Below are positions 1-9,963 of a DNA stretch of 64,000 nt, piece by piece (within the stretch, counting starts at the first letter, position 1; each line of letters opens with the position of its first letter). This DNA comes from a virus. Under the pieces are notes generated by a model. It was given only the letters and a program-made list of their open reading frames with translations, did no database searches and was not told where the DNA came from. The DNA lies in IMG/VR virus record IMGVR_UViG_3300043409_002042, positions 1 through 64,000 of that record; one strand, given 5' to 3'. A program made the translations under genes and the position numbers.

Positions 1-219
1 TCTACAGTTTGATTTTGGCGTCTGGTTGGACTCGGTCCGGGCAGAGTATTTCTGCCAGCGGAACAATCATCATAGCCGGGCGGCAGATATCGGGGCAGGG
101 GCAGACGTCGCGGGGGGCGGTCTACAGTTTGATTTTGGCGTCTGGTTGGACTCGGTCCGGGCAGAGTATTTCTGCCAGCGGAACAATCATCATAGCCGGG
201 CGGCAGATATCGGGGCAGG
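1..219 (+). repeat. Tandem direct repeat, 120-bp period (40 codons)
   Basis: 1-99 is identical to 121-219. Confidence 0.95.
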
Positions 220-1412
220 CGCAGATTGCTGGCTCTGGTGTTGGTGGCATCACCATTTCTGGCGCTGGGATAACGGCGCAAGGTCAGCGCCAACGTGGGT
301 TTGGCATGGGTCGTGGTGAAACGACACCGGCCCGGCAATACCTGCTCAAGATGCTGAAATACCCGCATGCAGCGGTGTTCGACAAAGGGCCCGTTGGCGT
401 GGCGGTTATTCGCTGGGGCCCGTCACACGGGGACACTCTCTCATGGGGGGTCAGAGATGGTGTTTTGCGCGTGACGGAGGCAGGGGTATCGCGTTGGTTT
501 GAACTGGGGACACACACGATTGAGAGCCTTGCTGCTGCTTTGCGCGCGTCAGGCTTCGATCTTCATGTGCCTGACGAAATGCTGCCTTTTAGCGCTTCCG
601 TGCTCTTGGAGGACCGCGACAGGCTGGGCTGGGACAATGTGCTCGGGTTCAGGTCTCTGCTTTGGGTTTTTCTCCACGCCTACTCTGGAGAATTGTCCGA
701 CGTCGAATTCCATGTGAAGCAGGCGCTGCGCCAGATGGTAATTTGGCAAGCTGAGGATGATTGGCTAGATGTATGGGGTGGCCTGTATGGCGTGATGCGC
801 CGCGACGGCGAGTCTGATGCCAGCTATCAGAGACAAATTCCAGCCGAGGCTTTTCGACGGCGCGTCAATGCGTTGGCAATCGAAAAGGCGATCCTGGACA
901 TCACCGGATACAGCGTCCGGATTCTGGAGCCGTGGGAGGACATTTTTACGCTTGATGAGTCCGCGCTATCTGGCGGTCACAAGATGTACGACGGCGACCG
1001 CGTTGGGTATCACCTGATCCAGCCTGCGGCCTACGGAAGCGTCAGGCCGAATTGGTCTGCGGTGATGTCGGTGATTGAGCGAAACAGGGCGGCCGGTGTT
1101 TTGGTCTTGCCCCCGCAGACCTATTCGACCGCAGGTATTGTCTACACAGGCTTATCTCTGGATGCTGGGCGCAACAGGCGGCATGTGGACACGATGGTCT
1201 ATGAAGACCGTGATTTCTTGGATGAAACTCTTTTTCTGGATGATATTGGACAGACCATCCAGAACCAAAGAAGCCGACACACCACGGAGTTGCGCCGCGC
1301 GTCAGGCATTTCTGTGGCAAAGCGCCAATGGGGCAGTTTTACGTGGAGCGCTGCCGGCCTGACCTGGGGGTCGGACTACCTGGTCGCATCAAAGCGCACA
1401 ACATTGTCGTGA
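3..1412 (+). CDS. Baseplate wedge/tail protein (probably 5'-truncated by window)
   Basis: Frame open from window start; QAEDDWLDVWGGLYGVMRRDGESDASY resembles the baseplate wedge WLD..G...G..R..GE.D..Y motif; upstream of tail-fibre genes. Confidence 0.65.
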   Translation, partial: YSLILASGWTRSGQSISASGTIIIAGRQISGQGQTSRGAVYSLILASGWTRSGQSISASGTIIIAGRQISGQAQIAGSGVGGITISGAGITAQGQRQRGFGMGRGETTPARQYLLKMLKYPHAAVFDKGPVGVAVIRWGPSHGDTLSWGVRDGVLRVTEAGVSRWFELGTHTIESLAAALRASGFDLHVPDEMLPFSASVLLEDRDRLGWDNVLGFRSLLWVFLHAYSGELSDVEFHVKQALRQMVIWQAEDDWLDVWGGLYGVMRRDGESDASYQRQIPAEAFRRRVNALAIEKAILDITGYSVRILEPWEDIFTLDESALSGGHKMYDGDRVGYHLIQPAAYGSVRPNWSAVMSVIERNRAAGVLVLPPQTYSTAGIVYTGLSLDAGRNRRHVDTMVYEDRDFLDETLFLDDIGQTIQNQRSRHTTELRRASGISVAKRQWGSFTWSAAGLTWGSDYLVASKRTTLS

Positions 1413-1421
1413 TGATAAAAT
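1406..1421 (+). promoter_or_regulatory. Late-promoter box GTCGTGA-tga-TAAAAT
   Basis: Copy of recurrent motif; its TGA is the stop of the upstream gene. Confidence 0.75.
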
Positions 1422-1439
1422 TTCTCAAAGGACTCACCC

Positions 1440-1925
1440 ATGGCAATTCTTGTCAAAAATGGCCGGATCGTTTTGGCCGAATCTATCGCCGCAAGACCCA
1501 TTCACCTAGCTTGGGGTGAGGGAGATGGCCAGTGGCTGAACAATGTCCCGCCCGAAGATGTGAATGCGACTGCTTTGCAGGGGGAGGTTGCGCGCCGCCT
1601 TGCCACACAAGTTGGCTACGTGTTGCCGGACGTGACCGGTAACATTGAGCTACCTAACGGCAACCGTTACCGACTGTCTCAAACCTCGACAAACCATCTG
1701 TATGCGCGAACGCAGTTCGACTACACCGATGGCGTTGGTGCTGCGATCCGAAATATTGCGATCTTCGTCGGGACGGAGGTCGTTGGTGGGCTTCCGCCTG
1801 GGCAGCAATATTTCACGCCAGCGCAAGTGTCCAACCCTGGCAGGATGCTTCACCTAGAGCATTTTCCACCAATTTTTCGCGGGTCAAATGAGCGCGAGTC
1901 TTTTGAAGTTGTCATCACCTTTTGA
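1440..1925 (+). CDS. Baseplate/tail-fibre attachment protein
   Basis: HLAWGEGD...LQGEVARR and C-terminal FEVVITF, typical of the small gene preceding tail fibres. Confidence 0.65.
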   Translation: MAILVKNGRIVLAESIAARPIHLAWGEGDGQWLNNVPPEDVNATALQGEVARRLATQVGYVLPDVTGNIELPNGNRYRLSQTSTNHLYARTQFDYTDGVGAAIRNIAIFVGTEVVGGLPPGQQYFTPAQVSNPGRMLHLEHFPPIFRGSNERESFEVVITF

Positions 1926-1933
1926 GGTCTTAA

Positions 1934-4900
1934 ATGCAGTTTCCTGACCAATATTACAGCCGTTTTAGCCCTGGTCAGAACTACGATCAGCATTTGTTTA
2001 TTGCTGGGCGTGCGCTGCAGTCGGCTGAGCTGAATGAAATTCAGCAGCAGGCAGCCAGTCGCGTCAAGTCTGTGGCTGATGCACTCTTTAAAGATGGCGA
2101 CATCATCCGTGATGCAAAGATCATCGTGGACTCTCAGACCGGAAGTGTGCAGTGCCAGTCCGGCGCCATCTATCTGATGGGCGCCGTGCGTGGTGTGCCC
2201 ACTGGATCGTTGACCATCCCCGTCACCGGATCGGTTTCGATCGGCATCCGGCTGCAGCAGTCTGTGGTTACCTCGCTTCAGGACCCTGATCTTCTGGACC
2301 CAGCCACGGGTACCCGAAATTATGACCAGCCGGGGGCCGAGCGCCTGCAGGTGAATCCTGTATGGGTGGTCGGCGCCAGCGGGCTGACGGACTACTACCC
2401 TGTGTATTCGGTCACGGACGGCGTTCCTGACGCCAAAGAGCCTCCGCCAAACCTGGACGCCGTCACGCAGTCCTTGGCGCGCTACGATCGAGACAGCGCC
2501 GGTGGTAGCTATGTGGTGTCTGGCCTGCGCCTGAAAGCGCTGAGCGACGACGGTGCCACGCAGGTCTACTCTCTGTCTGAGGGGCGCTGCCGAGTCTACG
2601 GCTATCCTTTTGAGTTTGCCACGTCGCTTCGGCTGCGTTTGTCTGCAGCGCCAGATTTGAGGCTGATCAGCAATGAGCCGCACCTGTCTTCTGGTACCGG
2701 GGCCCAGCGCATCAATCTGAACAGAACGCCAGCAACAAACATCAGCCACGTCGCGATCACCGCCGAGAAGACGGCTACGCTGACCCATGGCGTTGTGACA
2801 GGAGCCAGTGATCCTCTACCGGACACGTCGGTGCTCCAGATCCTTGAGGTCAAGCAAGGGGGCACGACTTATGTCGCAAACACAGATTACAAGCTGACCT
2901 CCGGCAACGTGGATTGGTCACCGGCCGGCGCCGAGCCTGCGCCGGGCTCCACGTACACGGTGAAATATCAGTACATCACCACGGCCGCCCCCACCGCCGT
3001 GGATGACGCTGGCTTTACAGTGACCGGTGCCGTCTCTGGCACCTTGGTGCTCGTCACCTACCAGCAGAAGCTGCCGCGCATTGATCGATTGTGCATCAGC
3101 AGTGAAGGCCGCCCCGTGTGGCTGATGGGGGTCGCGTCTGAGTTCAACCCTCAGCGCCCCAATGTCCCTGATGACATGCTGGCGATCGCCAGTGTTTACC
3201 AGACATGGGTAACCGCTACGCGCCAAGTGTTCAACGATGGTGTGCGTGTGGTCCCTATGCAGCAGCTGGCCGCCGTCGACAGCCGAATTGATTGGCTTGC
3301 TCAGTTGATTGCGCAAAACCGGCTTGAGTCCAGCATCCACACCCGTGAGGGCGGTTCAAAGCTGGGCTTGTTCACCGACCCGTTTTTGGATGATAGCCAG
3401 CGCGATGCAGGGGCTGCGCAGACTGCGGCCATCGTCCGCGGTGAGTTACTGCTTCCGATCACGGCCACCGTCCACCAGCTGTCGGGTGACATTACGGCAA
3501 GCACATCGCTGAATTTCACAAAGGCCGCGGCGCTGGCGCAGCCCCTGCGCACCGGAAACATGGCGATCAATCCCTACATGGCTTTTGAGCCCGTCCCGGC
3601 GGTAGTGCAGCTCACGCCTGCAGTCGATCGCTGGACCGAGGTTTCATCAAGCTGGACCAGCCCGCAGACTTTCCGCTTTGACACAAGTGGTGTCGCCGCT
3701 CCGATCAGCAACGAAATCACGACCACTAGGCAAGCCCTGGTTGGCAGCTCGTCTTCGCAGATAGAGACGCTGCGGTCTATCACGGTCGCGTACCACATTA
3801 CCGGGTTCGGCCCTGGCGAGCAACTTCAAACGCTGACTTTTGACGGCTTGTCGCTGGCGACCGGTGGGGCCACTGCAAACGGCTCTGGTGCGCTCACTGG
3901 CACATTCTTGGTGCCATCCGGGGTTCCTTCTGGCAGTAAAGATGTTGTGTTCACCGGCGCTGGCGGGAGCCGTGGCAGCGCCACGTTTTCTGGGCAGGGC
4001 ACACTTGAGCGTCAAGTGTGGCAGCAGCAAACAACAACCGTTGTGTTCCGCTCGCCTCCACCGCCTGCGCCAATTTTTGCTCAAACAGACCCGCTTGCTC
4101 AAACTTTCACGCTGACCTCCACGACGCAGGTCGCGGCGGTTGATGTGTGGGTTGTGGCAAAGCCAACATCCACAACGCGTCTGCAACTGCGCGCAACGGG
4201 TAATGGTGTGCCGACCGGCGCCGTGCTGGCCGAGTCCATACTGCAGCCTGCGGCGATCAATGTTGGACTGACCACTTTCAACTTTGATGCGCCGATCACT
4301 CTGATCGGTGGCGCAGAGTATGCCGTTGTGGTCCTGTGCAACGACGCCGCTGGCTCGCTGGCGGTCGCCGAGCTTGGCAAGTACGACAGCAATGCTCAGA
4401 AGTGGATCACCAGCCAGCCCTACACCGTGGGCGTGCTGCTGTCGTCGTCGAATGCCAGCACATGGACCGCGCACCAAGATCGTGACATGGCGTTCTGGAT
4501 TCAGCGTGCTTCTTTTACGCAGACGACGCGCGCGGTTGCCCTCGGCTCTGCAACGGTCTCAAGCGCCACGGATTTGTTGCTGATGAGTTATGCTGAATGC
4601 CCTTTCAGCAGCACCATGGTCCAGTATGAGTTGACGCTGCCTGATGGGTCTGTGGCAACCACAGACGATGGTCGGTCTGTGCAGCTTCCGGCTGGAATCA
4701 CGGGGGCAGTTGCGGTCGCTGCAAAATTGACCGGCACGGCTGATTACTCGCCGGTGCTTTACCCTGGCACACAGCTTGTTGCTGGAACGGTTGGTGCCTC
4801 CGGGACCTATGTGACGCGCGCGATCCCGGCTGGCGCCAGTGTTAGGCTGAAAACGATTTTTGAGGCGGTTGTTCCGTCGGGGGCGGGCGTTGCTGTGCAT

Positions 4901-5095
4901 TACAAGCCGGTTGGCTCAGGTACTTGGACCACCCTTCCTCAGACTGCCACACGCCCCGTGGACGATGGCTTTACTGAGTTCACATGCGAGGCGTCAGGGG
5001 TTGCTGCGGCGAGTGGCGTGGCATTCCGGTTGACGCTGACCGGCACAAGCGCCGCACGGCCTCGTGTGCGCGATCTGCGTGCAATTGTTTTGTGA
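1934..5095 (+). CDS. DUF4815-like large tail/baseplate protein
   Basis: YYSRF...GRALQSAELNEIQ, GLFTDPFLDD, DPLAQTF, C-terminal PRVRDLRAIVL. Confidence 0.8.
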   Translation: MQFPDQYYSRFSPGQNYDQHLFIAGRALQSAELNEIQQQAASRVKSVADALFKDGDIIRDAKIIVDSQTGSVQCQSGAIYLMGAVRGVPTGSLTIPVTGSVSIGIRLQQSVVTSLQDPDLLDPATGTRNYDQPGAERLQVNPVWVVGASGLTDYYPVYSVTDGVPDAKEPPPNLDAVTQSLARYDRDSAGGSYVVSGLRLKALSDDGATQVYSLSEGRCRVYGYPFEFATSLRLRLSAAPDLRLISNEPHLSSGTGAQRINLNRTPATNISHVAITAEKTATLTHGVVTGASDPLPDTSVLQILEVKQGGTTYVANTDYKLTSGNVDWSPAGAEPAPGSTYTVKYQYITTAAPTAVDDAGFTVTGAVSGTLVLVTYQQKLPRIDRLCISSEGRPVWLMGVASEFNPQRPNVPDDMLAIASVYQTWVTATRQVFNDGVRVVPMQQLAAVDSRIDWLAQLIAQNRLESSIHTREGGSKLGLFTDPFLDDSQRDAGAAQTAAIVRGELLLPITATVHQLSGDITASTSLNFTKAAALAQPLRTGNMAINPYMAFEPVPAVVQLTPAVDRWTEVSSSWTSPQTFRFDTSGVAAPISNEITTTRQALVGSSSSQIETLRSITVAYHITGFGPGEQLQTLTFDGLSLATGGATANGSGALTGTFLVPSGVPSGSKDVVFTGAGGSRGSATFSGQGTLERQVWQQQTTTVVFRSPPPPAPIFAQTDPLAQTFTLTSTTQVAAVDVWVVAKPTSTTRLQLRATGNGVPTGAVLAESILQPAAINVGLTTFNFDAPITLIGGAEYAVVVLCNDAAGSLAVAELGKYDSNAQKWITSQPYTVGVLLSSSNASTWTAHQDRDMAFWIQRASFTQTTRAVALGSATVSSATDLLLMSYAECPFSSTMVQYELTLPDGSVATTDDGRSVQLPAGITGAVAVAAKLTGTADYSPVLYPGTQLVAGTVGASGTYVTRAIPAGASVRLKTIFEAVVPSGAGVAVHYKPVGSGTWTTLPQTATRPVDDGFTEFTCEASGVAAASGVAFRLTLTGTSAARPRVRDLRAIVL

Positions 5096-5103
5096 GGTGC
5101 TGA

Positions 5104-6102
5104 ATGATTGATGACAAGACCCCGAATTTGCAGCTGCCGCTGCCAAATGCAGCAAACATGCTTGAGGAGGACGTTGCCCGCCTGCGCTCAGCTTTTGGAA
5201 TGCTTGACGCCGCCCTGCCCTCCAAAGCCGACTTGGTGGCGGGGAAGGTACCAGCCGCGCAGCTGCCGTCTTTTGTAGACGACGTGATTGAGGTGGCCGA
5301 CTACACCGCCCTTCCCGCCACTGGTGAGTCTGGGAAAATCTACGTCACGCTGGCGGATGTGACAGTCAATGGCACTCTGTACAAGGCAAACACTCAGTAC
5401 AGGTGGGGTGGGTCGGCTTACATCGCCATCACGGCCTCACCTGGCACCACTGACGACGTGCCTGAAGGCGGCACCAATCTGTACTTCACGGCCCAGCGCG
5501 CGCGCGACGCAGTCGGAACGGTGTCAGCGGCCTACGTGGATCAGTTGTTTACGGCAACTGCTGGGCAGACAACGTTCGCTGTGACGGGTGGCTACACGGT
5601 CGGCAATGTGGACGTGCACGTTGACGGCGTCGAGTTCGTCGGCGGCGGCGACGACTACACGGCCATAAACGGCACCACGGTGGTGATGACATCGGGCTTA
5701 GTGAATGGTGCAAAGGTTCGGGTGCGCAAGTGGTCGATTTCGTCGGTGGCTGGCGCGGTGCAAAAGTCTGGGGATACAATGACCGGCGATCTTACGGTCC
5801 CCAACTTGATTGTCACGGGAACGCTTGATTCAAGTGCCGCGGTGACCGTCATCAGCGCAAACACCGCGGCCCAAAAATCACGCACGTATGTGATGACCGC
5901 ATCTTTGAGGCTGACTTTGCCGGCAACGCCAAGTCCTGGTGATAGGGTGATGTTTGTCAACAGGTCGGCCACATCCACTCCTGTAATCGCCCGAAATGGG
6001 CGGAACATCATGGGCCTGGCCGAAGACATGACGCTAGACAACGTCAACCACTTCGGGGTTTTGATATATGCGGACTCGACCAACGGCTGGATATTTAACT
6101 GA
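5104..6102 (+). CDS. Tail fibre protein
   Basis: TPNLQLPLP N-terminus, GKVPAAQLPSFVDDVIE, TATAGQTTF, VQKSGDTMTGDL, LTLPATPSPGD fibre motifs. Confidence 0.8.
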   Translation: MIDDKTPNLQLPLPNAANMLEEDVARLRSAFGMLDAALPSKADLVAGKVPAAQLPSFVDDVIEVADYTALPATGESGKIYVTLADVTVNGTLYKANTQYRWGGSAYIAITASPGTTDDVPEGGTNLYFTAQRARDAVGTVSAAYVDQLFTATAGQTTFAVTGGYTVGNVDVHVDGVEFVGGGDDYTAINGTTVVMTSGLVNGAKVRVRKWSISSVAGAVQKSGDTMTGDLTVPNLIVTGTLDSSAAVTVISANTAAQKSRTYVMTASLRLTLPATPSPGDRVMFVNRSATSTPVIARNGRNIMGLAEDMTLDNVNHFGVLIYADSTNGWIFN

Positions 6103-6111
6103 GGTAAATTT

Positions 6112-6939
6112 ATGAGCGCGATGAGTCAATTTTTTGCAAGCAGTGGCGGAAACACCGGAATACCTAACCAATTCGCGCGGCTTGAATCTGGCACTTTTAC
6201 GACACCAATTGCTGGCAAGTATTTGCTGACAGCAATTGGTGGTGGTGCGGCTGGCACTATTAACGGACGCGGTGGTGGAGCTGGTGGTTTTGCGCAGTCA
6301 CTTGTTGCTTTGGCTGCGGGTGTAACACTCACTTTTACGGTGGGATCAGGTGGGGCCACAAGTGGAGCTTCTGGGGGCACCACAACAATCGCTGGAGCTG
6401 GAATCACCACGCTTACGGCAAGCGGCGGATCAAGCACCGCGGGTGGATCGGCGACAGGCGGAACTTTGGCAAATGTGACGGGCGGGGCCTCCGGAAACGC
6501 CCTCTTCACAGGCGGAGGAGCTGTCGGTGTGTACGGCACTGGTTATGGCACGGCAGCAGTAAGTGGTAGCGCTGGCGCCGGTGTTGGCGCGGCGGGTGTG
6601 GTTGGCTTAGGGGGCGGAGCTTTGGGCTCTGGCGCTGCTGGCTTGGGCAGTACTTCATTGCCAGGTGCCACGCTAGGAGCAGCAACTTTTGGAAGCAATA
6701 GGTTGCTGTTGCCGCTTGGGCGCGGTGCGATTGGAGCAAGAGAACTTTATAGCGGGGAGCCGGGTGGTGGTTCTATTGGTAATAGCTCAAGCACCGGTGG
6801 CCTGTTTGCTGGCGGCGGTGGTGCTCAAGGTGGTAGTGGTGGCGGCGGCGGTTACTTTGGTGGCGGCGGTGGTGGTGGTGGTGGTGATTTTGGTCGTGGT
6901 GGCGTTGGTGGCGTCATCATTGAGTGGTTTACCTTTTAA
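6112..6939 (+). CDS. Glycine-rich tail-fibre tip/adhesin-like protein
   Basis: SGTFTTP..GKYLLTAIGGGAAG followed by poly-Gly segments and terminal GGVIIEW. Confidence 0.7.
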   Translation: MSAMSQFFASSGGNTGIPNQFARLESGTFTTPIAGKYLLTAIGGGAAGTINGRGGGAGGFAQSLVALAAGVTLTFTVGSGGATSGASGGTTTIAGAGITTLTASGGSSTAGGSATGGTLANVTGGASGNALFTGGGAVGVYGTGYGTAAVSGSAGAGVGAAGVVGLGGGALGSGAAGLGSTSLPGATLGAATFGSNRLLLPLGRGAIGARELYSGEPGGGSIGNSSSTGGLFAGGGGAQGGSGGGGGYFGGGGGGGGGDFGRGGVGGVIIEWFTF

Positions 6940-6948
6940 GGACATAAC

Positions 6949-7359
6949 ATGATATACGAAATCATGAGCGGAGAAACCGTAATAAACACCATCGTGGCAG
7001 AAGAGGCGTTTATGCAAGTGGCTTTTCCCGGTGGCAATTATCGTTTGCAGGCGCATACTCAGCCACAGGAGCCGGTCCAGACGGTTTGGAAGTGGTACCT
7101 GGATATTGGCCCATTTTTTGATCGATTTGGCGCAGTGAAAATGCAGGTCCTTGTTTCTAGCGATGCCGGTGTTCAGGCGCTGATAAAAGACATACAAATA
7201 CGGAAGTGGATCGACCTGCAAAACGCCGAGGTGGCGCAAGGATTGGCATACATCGGCACCAAGGTGACAACGCTAACGGCTGAGCTGCAGGCTTCAATCC
7301 TGACGACGCCCGTCACAGACGACGAAAACATGGCCCTAAGAAAGCTCTACTTTACTTAA
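6949..7359 (+). CDS. Tail-fibre-associated hypothetical protein (possible chaperone)
   Basis: AAGGA RBS; position after fibre genes. Confidence 0.55.
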   Translation: MIYEIMSGETVINTIVAEEAFMQVAFPGGNYRLQAHTQPQEPVQTVWKWYLDIGPFFDRFGAVKMQVLVSSDAGVQALIKDIQIRKWIDLQNAEVAQGLAYIGTKVTTLTAELQASILTTPVTDDENMALRKLYFT

Positions 7360-7431
7360 GGATGGTTTTGAAAATTTTGCGCGCTAATCAGCGGCGCGAG
7401 GCGCAATGATCCACATCTTAACTGGAGTTTT

Positions 7432-8053
7432 ATGAGCAATGCCCCAAACCTTGCCGCTGCCGCGACCGTTGCCGGTGGCCTAGCGCCCGCTGGTGTTCTA
7501 CTTCCCTTCGCTGGCTCAACCGCCCCGACAGGTTGGCTGCTTTGCGCGGGTCAGGCGATTTCCCGCGCCACGTATGCGGGATTGTTTGCGGTGATTGGAA
7601 CGGCTTATGGAGCCGGTGACGGCACCACGACTTTCAACGTACCAGACCTGCGCGGTCGCATCCCTGCCGGGAAAGACAACATGGGGGGGTACGGCAGCAA
7701 GCAGGCTCACTGCTGTCGCGAGCGGTATTGATGGCGCGACGCTTGGGGCCAGCGGCGGAGCGCAGACGCATGTGCTGCTCTCCAGTCAAATCCCGGCTCA
7801 TACGCACACTGCCAGCATCTCTACAGACCCAGGTCACACGCACGGCGGCATCGTGACAGGGACCGGGTCCGTAACCAACATCACAAACACTGCCGGTGGG
7901 ACGGCGACAGCCGGGGCAGTGAACACGGCGGGGAGCACTGCAACCGGCGGGTCGCACAGCCACACAGTGGCAGTGAACGCAAACACTGGTGGCGACGGCG
8001 CCCACAACAACACGCAACCAACCATCGTTGCAAACTACATCATAAAATCATGA
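7432..8053 (+). pseudogene. Phage tail-collar domain protein split by a +1 frameshift in a G7 run
   Basis: PAGVLLPFAGSTAPTGWLLCAGQAISRATYAGLFAVIGT...FNVPDLRGR in one frame; GGAQTHVL...HTH...HNNTQPTIVANYIIK in another; junction ATGGGGGGGTACG at 7681-7693. Confidence 0.8.
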
Positions 8054-8565
8054 AAATCGCCAGCTACAAGGCCATAAGGTCAGGTTTCAATGGCGTTTTC
8101 AGCCACCTTATTCGTCGACGCCTGCGCAGCAAAAACAGCCACACCGAGCTGGTTTTTGAGCCCAGCGACGGGGTTGATCACCTCATGCCCGATGGCACCT
8201 GTGAGCCAGATGAAAATGGCGCGCTGTGGTGCTTTAGCTCGTCAGCGCGTGACGTCATACCAGCCTGGTCAAGGTACCGCGCTGGGCGAGTCGGTGGCTG
8301 TCGATTTAAGCGGATTGTGCTGGCAGCTGAAAAGTGGGACCTGGACACCCCGACGCGCACCAACCCGGTGTCTGCTGCGCTCAAGGCCCAAGAAATTGAG
8401 GGATCCCCATACGACTGGCAGCTGATTGCTGGCTTCTTGGTGTGGTTCATTCCGCAGGCGGAGGCTGCCCGCCACTGCACGGAGTGCGTTGCTGAGTGCA
8501 TCGGGCACCCGGAGCCGTGGCGCTTTGATCCGGCTGTGCTGCCCGCCGCCCATCGGCTGTCGTGA
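8050..8565 (+). CDS. Putative permuted papain-like (NlpC/P60, YiiX-type) amidase
   Basis: SHTEL ... GSPYDW ... HCTECVAE (His before Cys order). Confidence 0.6.
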   Translation: MKIASYKAIRSGFNGVFSHLIRRRLRSKNSHTELVFEPSDGVDHLMPDGTCEPDENGALWCFSSSARDVIPAWSRYRAGRVGGCRFKRIVLAAEKWDLDTPTRTNPVSAALKAQEIEGSPYDWQLIAGFLVWFIPQAEAARHCTECVAECIGHPEPWRFDPAVLPAAHRLS

Positions 8566-8574
8566 TGTCAAAAT
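8559..8574 (+). promoter_or_regulatory. Late-promoter box GTCGTGA-tgt-CAAAAT, 8 nt before ATG 8583
   Basis: Recurrent motif; TGA is the upstream stop codon. Confidence 0.7.
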
Positions 8575-8582
8575 TCGCGGCC

Positions 8583-8987
8583 ATGAAGATGAATTCCATC
8601 CGCGCCCTAGTCGCCGCACTGACCGCCGTCACGTACCCAGCCAAGAGCTGGGCGGCCGTTGCGACCGCCGTCACGGCTGGTTTTACGGCGCAGTTTGCGG
8701 GTGCTGACCCTTGGCCCTGGGTGATCGGCGGCTTTGGTGCCGCCATCGTCTACGTCAAGAAACAAGGCAAGAGCCGCCTTGATGCCATCACGAATGCGCT
8801 GATCTCGGTGCTGATCGGCGGGCTTGTTACACCACTATGGGTTGCACCAGCCGTTGCCAAGCATCTGGGACCGGAGCTGGCTAACCAGTACGCGCTGGCC
8901 TTCATTTTCAGCGCCGCGTGGCCTTGGCTTGTACCGCTGGCACTCAGCAAAATGAAGTCGGCAAAGCTCCCAGGAGACCAACAATGA
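8583..8987 (+). CDS. Putative holin
   Basis: Several hydrophobic segments, basic C-terminus, upstream of endolysin. Confidence 0.65.
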   Translation: MKMNSIRALVAALTAVTYPAKSWAAVATAVTAGFTAQFAGADPWPWVIGGFGAAIVYVKKQGKSRLDAITNALISVLIGGLVTPLWVAPAVAKHLGPELANQYALAFIFSAAWPWLVPLALSKMKSAKLPGDQQ

Positions 8988-9274
8988 CGGATTACATCTT
9001 CCTGATTCTTGCGGTGCTCGGGTTGATCATGGCTTTGCACATGATCTGCGCCGCGACCTTTTTGCCGCCGAATGCGCCCGTTTTGCTGTCCATGGCCGTC
9101 GTGGCTGGGTTTGGGTTCTCGGTTGGTGTTGTGGTCACCGCGATGACGCAGGACGTGCCGCACTTGCTGATTTTCTTGGCCGCCTCTTTGGGTTCCATGC
9201 TGTTCCAGTCGATATTCTTGTGGTTCCATGGCTACCACGTGTCAGGCTTCGTGATGCGGCAGTTTCGCAGCTGA
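8984..9274 (+). CDS. Second lysis membrane protein (holin/antiholin-like, 3 TM)
   Basis: MTDYIFLILAVLGLIMAL...; ATGA overlap; AGGAG RBS. Confidence 0.6.
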   Translation: MTDYIFLILAVLGLIMALHMICAATFLPPNAPVLLSMAVVAGFGFSVGVVVTAMTQDVPHLLIFLAASLGSMLFQSIFLWFHGYHVSGFVMRQFRS

Positions 9275-9279
9275 CCTTT

Positions 9280-9295
9280 GTCGTGACGGCATAAT
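9280..9295 (+). promoter_or_regulatory. Late-promoter box GTCGTGA-cgg-CATAAT upstream of endolysin
   Basis: Recurrent motif in intergenic position. Confidence 0.75.
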
Positions 9296-9296
9296 C

Positions 9297-9320
9297 AAGG
9301 CTTCTTCGTGAAGCCTTTTT
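9297..9320 (+). terminator. Intrinsic terminator-like hairpin
   Basis: AAGGCTTC-ttcgt-GAAGCCTT followed by TTT. Confidence 0.6.
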
Positions 9321-9339
9321 ACTTTGCCGGAGTGATCAT

Positions 9340-9963
9340 GTGAGCCACATCACCGCAGACCGTTGGATCGCTGTCCTTGCCGAGCTTGGTGTTCGTCCTC
9401 CCACAGCCGCCCGTTGGTCGCAACATTTCGCCGCCGTCGTGCAGCCGTCGGCTTTCAGCCTCGGGCTGTCCGAGATTGACGACTTTGTTGCCCAGGTCCT
9501 GCACGAGTCCGGGCGGCTCGAGCGACTGGAGGAGGGTCTGTCCTACTCCACCGCCTCGCGCATCCGTGCCGTGTGGCCAAGCCGATTTCCGACCGACGCC
9601 AGTGCGCAGCCATTTGTGCGCAACCCGCAGGGCCTGGCCGATAAGGTCTACGGCGGACGCATGGGCAACACGCAGCCTGGTGACGGCTGGCGGCACCGAG
9701 GCTCTGGCCCCATCCAGGTGACGGGCCGATCCAACTTTGAAGCCCTGCAGCGCGCCACAGGCCTGCCGCTGCTGGAAAACCCCGACCTGCTGCGCCAACC
9801 GAGCGACGCCGCCCTGCGCGTGTGCGTGGCCTGGTGGGAGGGTAACGTGCCCGACCGTTTGATGGGCGACAAAGTGCGCGTTCGCCGCGCCGTGAATGGC
9901 GGCGCCATTGGCCTTGATGACACCGCTGCGCTGACCGACAAGGCCAGCCGGTTGCTGACATGA
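9340..9963 (+). CDS. Endolysin, glycoside hydrolase family 19
   Basis: FVAQVLHESG..LEEGLSYS, YGGRMGN..PGDGWRHRGSGPIQVTGRSN, VNGG. Confidence 0.92.
   Translation: MSHITADRWIAVLAELGVRPPTAARWSQHFAAVVQPSAFSLGLSEIDDFVAQVLHESGRLERLEEGLSYSTASRIRAVWPSRFPTDASAQPFVRNPQGLADKVYGGRMGNTQPGDGWRHRGSGPIQVTGRSNFEALQRATGLPLLENPDLLRQPSDAALRVCVAWWEGNVPDRLMGDKVRVRRAVNGGAIGLDDTAALTDKASRLLT

Noticed and set aside
1-219. Repeat as CRISPR array or DGR template/variable pair
   Set aside because: In-frame exact tandem repeat with no spacers and no adenine-specific differences; no cas or reverse transcriptase gene seen in the window
3717-3723. TCACGAC (minus-strand late box)
   Set aside because: Inside the tail CDS, antisense, with no downstream gene
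6810-6912. GGT/GGC trinucleotide run
   Set aside because: Explained by poly-glycine coding
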